Source: Clostridia bacterium (GTDB lineage Bacteria > Bacillota > Clostridia > Oscillospirales > UBA644). From it: a stretch of 40,090 bases of DNA. The translations under genes were made by a program, and so were the position numbers. Under the pieces are notes generated by a model that was not told where the DNA came from, did no database searches, and saw nothing but the letters and a program-made list of their open reading frames with translations. The stretch lies in contig JAFSAH010000049.1 of assembly GCA_017441125.1 (NCBI GenBank), positions 1 to 40,090 of the forward strand, written 5' to 3'. Positions 37,226 through 40,090 of the stretch are shown piece after piece (the first letter of the stretch is position 1; every line of letters starts with the position of its first letter).

Positions 37226-37309
37226 TTTATTTCTCCTTGGTTCGTTAGAATTTTTTGCAATACTCTTAACGTATTATAAACAAAAAACTTATATATTGCT
37301 TTATAACTA

Positions 37310-37337
37310 ATTATAGCACGGTATATAAAAAATTCAA
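37310..37337 (-). promoter_or_regulatory. Extended -10 sigma-A promoter for the DEDD-like/UvrD pair
   Basis: Minus strand TTGAAT-N16-TATAAT, with TG immediately upstream of the -10 (TGCTATAAT). Confidence 0.6.
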
Positions 37338-37435
37338 TTGAAGCATTTTATTACATTAGCCGCATTTATCTTTCCTTACTACACATTCGTAAAAGCAGAC
37401 TTCATTTGCTAAAATGTAGTAAAGGAGGTTTTATT

Positions 37436-37813
37436 ATGCAAAGTACAATTCATAATGAACAAAACGGCCTTGATTACACTCTTTGCGGAGAATATTATCC
37501 CCCGAATCTTCTTCCACCACAAATTGAAGAAAAAGAAATAGGTATTTGGGGTATGCGGCACCTCAGATATATAAAACAGCACAAAAAAGTACGTTACACA
37601 AATCTGATGACAACTGGAAAATTGAATGTATACCTTGTGGAGATTGACGAGCGTGCTCAAAATATGAAAGCTGTGCTCATCAAACAAATGTCAGAGCACA
37701 AAGGCGTAAATGAAATGCTCAAAAAACGAAATCAGATTGAATGGGTTCGGAAAATGAACAATATCCGTAATAGGGTCGATGAAATAATCAACAACGAAAT
37801 CATCTTCAATTAA
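37436..37813 (+). CDS. tnpV: TnpV family transposon-encoded protein
   Basis: NGLDYTLCGEYYPPNL...IGIWGMRHLRYIK...LMTTGKL...EW V..MNNIRNRVDEII..E. An AAAGGAGG RBS supports the ATG at 37436. Confidence 0.88.
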   Translation: MQSTIHNEQNGLDYTLCGEYYPPNLLPPQIEEKEIGIWGMRHLRYIKQHKKVRYTNLMTTGKLNVYLVEIDERAQNMKAVLIKQMSEHKGVNEMLKKRNQIEWVRKMNNIRNRVDEIINNEIIFN

Positions 37814-37816
37814 AGT

Positions 37817-37855
37817 TTCTGGCTAAAATACGATGCCATCGTATTTTAGCCAGAA
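37817..37855. repeat. 39-bp palindrome (perfect 19-bp arms, 1-nt centre)
   Basis: TTCTGGCTAAAATACGATG-C-CATCGTATTTTAGCCAGAA. Confidence 0.95.
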
Positions 37856-37882
37856 GACTGCAAATCTTATTTTTTTATTTTG

Positions 37883-37924
37883 CAAATATCCCCCGAAGTA
37901 TATCCTTCGGGGGATATTTGTTTA
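37883..37924 (+). terminator. Intrinsic terminator-like hairpin after tnpV
   Basis: 16-bp stem CAAATATCCCCCGAAG / CTTCGGGGGATATTTG, 6-nt loop, followed by TTTA. Confidence 0.75.
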
Positions 37925-37937
37925 TGCGGATATCAAG

Positions 37938-38284
37938 TGGTTCTGCAAGAACCATAAACTGGTTCTACAAGACCATTAAAATTCTTTTTCAGATGGTTTA
38001 AAATTAAGTTGTAGAGCGAACCCGGACTTAGAGTCCGGATTTTCGATGAAAAAACAGCCAAAAACCGGACTACAAGGCCGTAAAAATTTCCGGCTTGTTG
38101 TATTAAAATATATTTAGGACACAAACAAAATCTTTTTGATTTTGCCATGACTTGGCCTGCGAGGCCAGGTAAAACAGGCCTGCAAGACAGTAAAAAAATC
38201 AGTTCTGACAGTCTATAATTAAAATGTGACCCAACGGGTCCTTTTTTACCCTTAAATCTGTCTAAAAAAGGACCTACAAGGCCG
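37938..38284. repeat. Array of ~7 short palindromic repeats (core GG-N1/2-CT-N3-AG-N1/2-CC) upstream of parM; parC- or iteron-like
   Basis: TGGTTCTGCAAGAACCA 37938, TGGTTCTACAAGACCA 37960, CCGGACTTAGAGTCCGG 38022, CCGGACTACAAGGCCG 38065, TGGCCTGCGAGGCCA 38153, CAGGCCTGCAAGACAG 38175, GGACCTACAAGGCCG 38270. Confidence 0.7.
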
Positions 38285-38361
38285 TTTTAAGCTTTCCCAA
38301 AACAGAGTAATATTTAATTACATACAAAACTGAATAACATCATCAGATACGCAATAATGAT

Positions 38362-38470
38362 ACTCCTGCCCAGTCACAGTCCGAGCGAGATAAAACCGTC
38401 ACAGGCAATGAGGGCAGCCGGCAGTGATCTGCCGGCGGTTTAATTCCCGTGGGCTGAAAAGCCGTCTGAT
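38362..38470 (+). ncRNA. Candidate structured RNA / leader upstream of parM (family unassigned)
   Basis: GC-rich island in AT-rich intergenic DNA. Stem GCCGGCAG-TGAT-CTGCCGGC (38417-38436) and GGCT-GAAA-AGCC GNRA hairpin (38452-38463). Confidence 0.4.
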
Positions 38471-38531
38471 GAAAAAAACAACAAAATGTAAACCAAGAAA
38501 CCCGTTTTAATTACGAAAGGAGCGAATGCAA

Positions 38532-39449
38532 ATGAAAAGAATCAATGACAAATTCATTATCGGAATCGACCACGGTTATGGGAACATCAAAACGGCAAAC
38601 TGCTGTTTTGAATCGGGACTACTTAAGTTTGATAATGACCCTCCCATTACCATAAATATGCTCATCTTTGAGGGAAAGAAGTATCTCATCGGCGAAGGAC
38701 ACAAGGAATTCATCCCTGAAAAAGGAATAGATGAGGATTACTATATCCTGACCCTTGCGGCAATTGCAAGAGAACTTTCCGAATATGGGATGACAGAGGC
38801 AGATGTTATTATCGCCGCAGGACTTCCCCTCACCTGGTTCGGTACTCAGAAAGAGGAATTCATAAAATATCTTATGAAAAACAGAAAGGTAGATTTTGTT
38901 TTCAGAAGTACGGAATATCACATCACAATTTCGGATGTACGCGTTTATCCCCAGGGCTATGCGGCTGTTGTTGAAAATATATGCTATCTCAAAGGTCTTA
39001 CCATGGTTGCAGATATCGGAAATGGAACCATGAACATCTTCTATACCCAAAGTGGCAAGCTGAAGGCGGAACATATGTTCACCGAGAAATACGGGACTTA
39101 TCAGTGTACCCTTGCGGTAAGGGAAAAATTCCTGCAGAAAACCGGCAGAGAGATAAACGATTCAATCATCAATGAGGTTTTACAAAAGGGTGCTGCCGAT
39201 ATTGATGAGACGGATCTTAAAATCATCCGCGAAGCTTCGGAAGAGTATGTCCGTAATATATTCAGAAAGCTTCGTGAACACGGTTATGACGAAAAGACCA
39301 TGAATCTTTGCATTGCCGGCGGCGGAGGCTGCCTTATCAAAAATTTCTTTGATACCAACGGAAAACGCATAAAGTTCGTTGAAGATATCAAAGCCGCGGC
39401 AAGAGGTTATGAATACATGGCTCTGCTGCAGCTTTACAACGGAAGATAA
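38532..39449 (+). CDS. parM: ParM/StbA-family actin-like partition ATPase
   Basis: IGIDHGYGNIK, AGLP, YPQGYAA, ADIGNGT, IAGGGG. RBS AAGGAG spacing favours ATG 38532 over 38526. Confidence 0.9.
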   Translation: MKRINDKFIIGIDHGYGNIKTANCCFESGLLKFDNDPPITINMLIFEGKKYLIGEGHKEFIPEKGIDEDYYILTLAAIARELSEYGMTEADVIIAAGLPLTWFGTQKEEFIKYLMKNRKVDFVFRSTEYHITISDVRVYPQGYAAVVENICYLKGLTMVADIGNGTMNIFYTQSGKLKAEHMFTEKYGTYQCTLAVREKFLQKTGREINDSIINEVLQKGAADIDETDLKIIREASEEYVRNIFRKLREHGYDEKTMNLCIAGGGGCLIKNFFDTNGKRIKFVEDIKAAARGYEYMALLQLYNGR

Positions 39450-39450
39450 C

Positions 39451-39735
39451 ATGGTTATCCGCAGAATAAATCTCCGTTTTGACCTTGAAAATCCGCTTGA
39501 GCGCAGGATATATGAATACCTTGAAGATTACGACGGCTCCCGTAATCAGCTTGTTATTGAAGCACTGAACGAATACATAGAGAACGAAACGGATAACGAA
39601 ACCTGGCTTCTCGGCAGGATAAGAAGAATCGTTCGGGAAGAACTTAAAAATGCGGATTTTTCATTTGAGGAAGAAAAGCGGAACACAGATGATAACGGTG
39701 CATCGGTTCTTGAAGATCTGAAACTTTTTGGGTGA
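39451..39735 (+). CDS. ParR-like ribbon-helix-helix partition adaptor
   Basis: The ATG lies 1 bp after the parM stop. RINLRF...SRNQLVIEALNEYI RHH-like pattern, and an acidic tail ending LEDLKLFG. Confidence 0.7.
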   Translation: MVIRRINLRFDLENPLERRIYEYLEDYDGSRNQLVIEALNEYIENETDNETWLLGRIRRIVREELKNADFSFEEEKRNTDDNGASVLEDLKLFG

Positions 39736-39736
39736 T

Positions 39737-39797
39737 GTGAGCCACTTTTGGCTCACGAAAAGATAAAAATTGGGGACTTTGAGCCATTTTTGGCTCA
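39737..39797. repeat. Two copies of the palindrome TGAGCCA-N4-TGGCTCA
   Basis: 39738-39755 and 39780-39797. Confidence 0.85.
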
Positions 39798-39886
39798 GAG
39801 CAAAATGACCCCTATTAAAAGATATTGAAGGTGATAAAACAAAAAACATAGACTTACCGGGAGGGAACGGTCTGTCTTATGCAATA

Positions 39887-39943
39887 ACAAGCAGGGAACT
39901 TGTACGGCAAGTTCCGCTTGTCAGGGGTCACCCCTGAAACCCC
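39887..39943. other. Putative oriT
   Basis: Nested hairpins ACAAGC..GGAACTTG-TACGG-CAAGTTCC-GCTTGT and TCAGGGG-TCA-CCCCTGA directly upstream of mobC. Confidence 0.55.
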
Positions 39944-39966
39944 GATAAGGAAAGGAGCTGATTTTA

Positions 39967-40090
39967 ATGAACAGGAATGAAAAAGAAAGGACAATGCGGC
40001 TGGATTTGAGAGTATCGCCGCAGGAAAAGAAAAAGATAGAAACCACCGCAAAGAAATGCGGTATATCCGTTTCGGAATATATAAGGCAGA
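39967..40090 (+). CDS. mobC: MobC-like relaxosome RHH protein (5' part, runs off the window)
   Basis: AAGGAG RBS; MNRNEKERTMRLDLRVSPQEKKKIETTAKKCGISVSEYIRQ... Not in the ORF track. Confidence 0.8.
   Translation, partial: MNRNEKERTMRLDLRVSPQEKKKIETTAKKCGISVSEYIRQ

Larger units (their letters stand above)
198..40090. mobile_element. Integrated conjugative/mobilisable element (ICE/IME-like); left end and cargo, continuing beyond the window
   Basis: Interrupted host gene at the left edge, accessory cargo, and tnpV, parM/parR, oriT-like hairpins and mobC at the right edge. No integrase or relaxase is visible in the window. Confidence 0.7.

Noticed and set aside
32348-39450. Track start sites 32348, 37406 and 39379
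   Set aside because: RBS position or gene overlap favours ATGs at 32405, 37436 and 39451.
1-40090. tRNA, rRNA, IS transposase or integrase genes
   Set aside because: None recognisable. TnpV is not a transposase, and the recombinase is presumably outside the window.

Overview
AT-rich Firmicute (Clostridia-like) DNA that reads as the left end and cargo region of an integrated conjugative or mobilisable element. At ~nt 197 a spoVT-type gene is cut off after ...IREGDP, the probable attachment site. About 37 kb of defence/conflict-type cargo follows, in five blocks. (i) An AAA+/DUF4143-type ATPase plus a remnant of a second copy. (ii) A 14.7 kb operon: DUF2201-type vWA protein, putative HEPN protein, MoxR-type AAA+ ATPase, five BspA-type LRR proteins without signal peptides, a DUF4132 protein and sbcD-sbcC. 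(iii) A divergent 1230-aa BRCT/coiled-coil/wHTH protein. (iv) A second operon driven by a copy of the same promoter: two more LRR proteins, a ~1100-aa protein with two RNAP alpha-CTD-like domains, a 1565-aa DEAH/DUF1998 helicase (Druantia type III-like pair) and a NYN-domain protein. (v) A UvrD helicase paired with a Zn-finger/TPR/inactive DEDD protein. The window ends in element backbone: tnpV, a palindromic repeat array, parM-parR, oriT-like hairpins and the start of mobC. The best candidate for an undescribed system is the MoxR-vWA core with an array of apparently cytoplasmic, cassette-like LRR genes. These genes share near-identical DNA ends, and four share a helical 'L/M-(E/D/N)-YK' module with the DUF4132 protein. 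All family calls are by motif recognition only; no searches were run.
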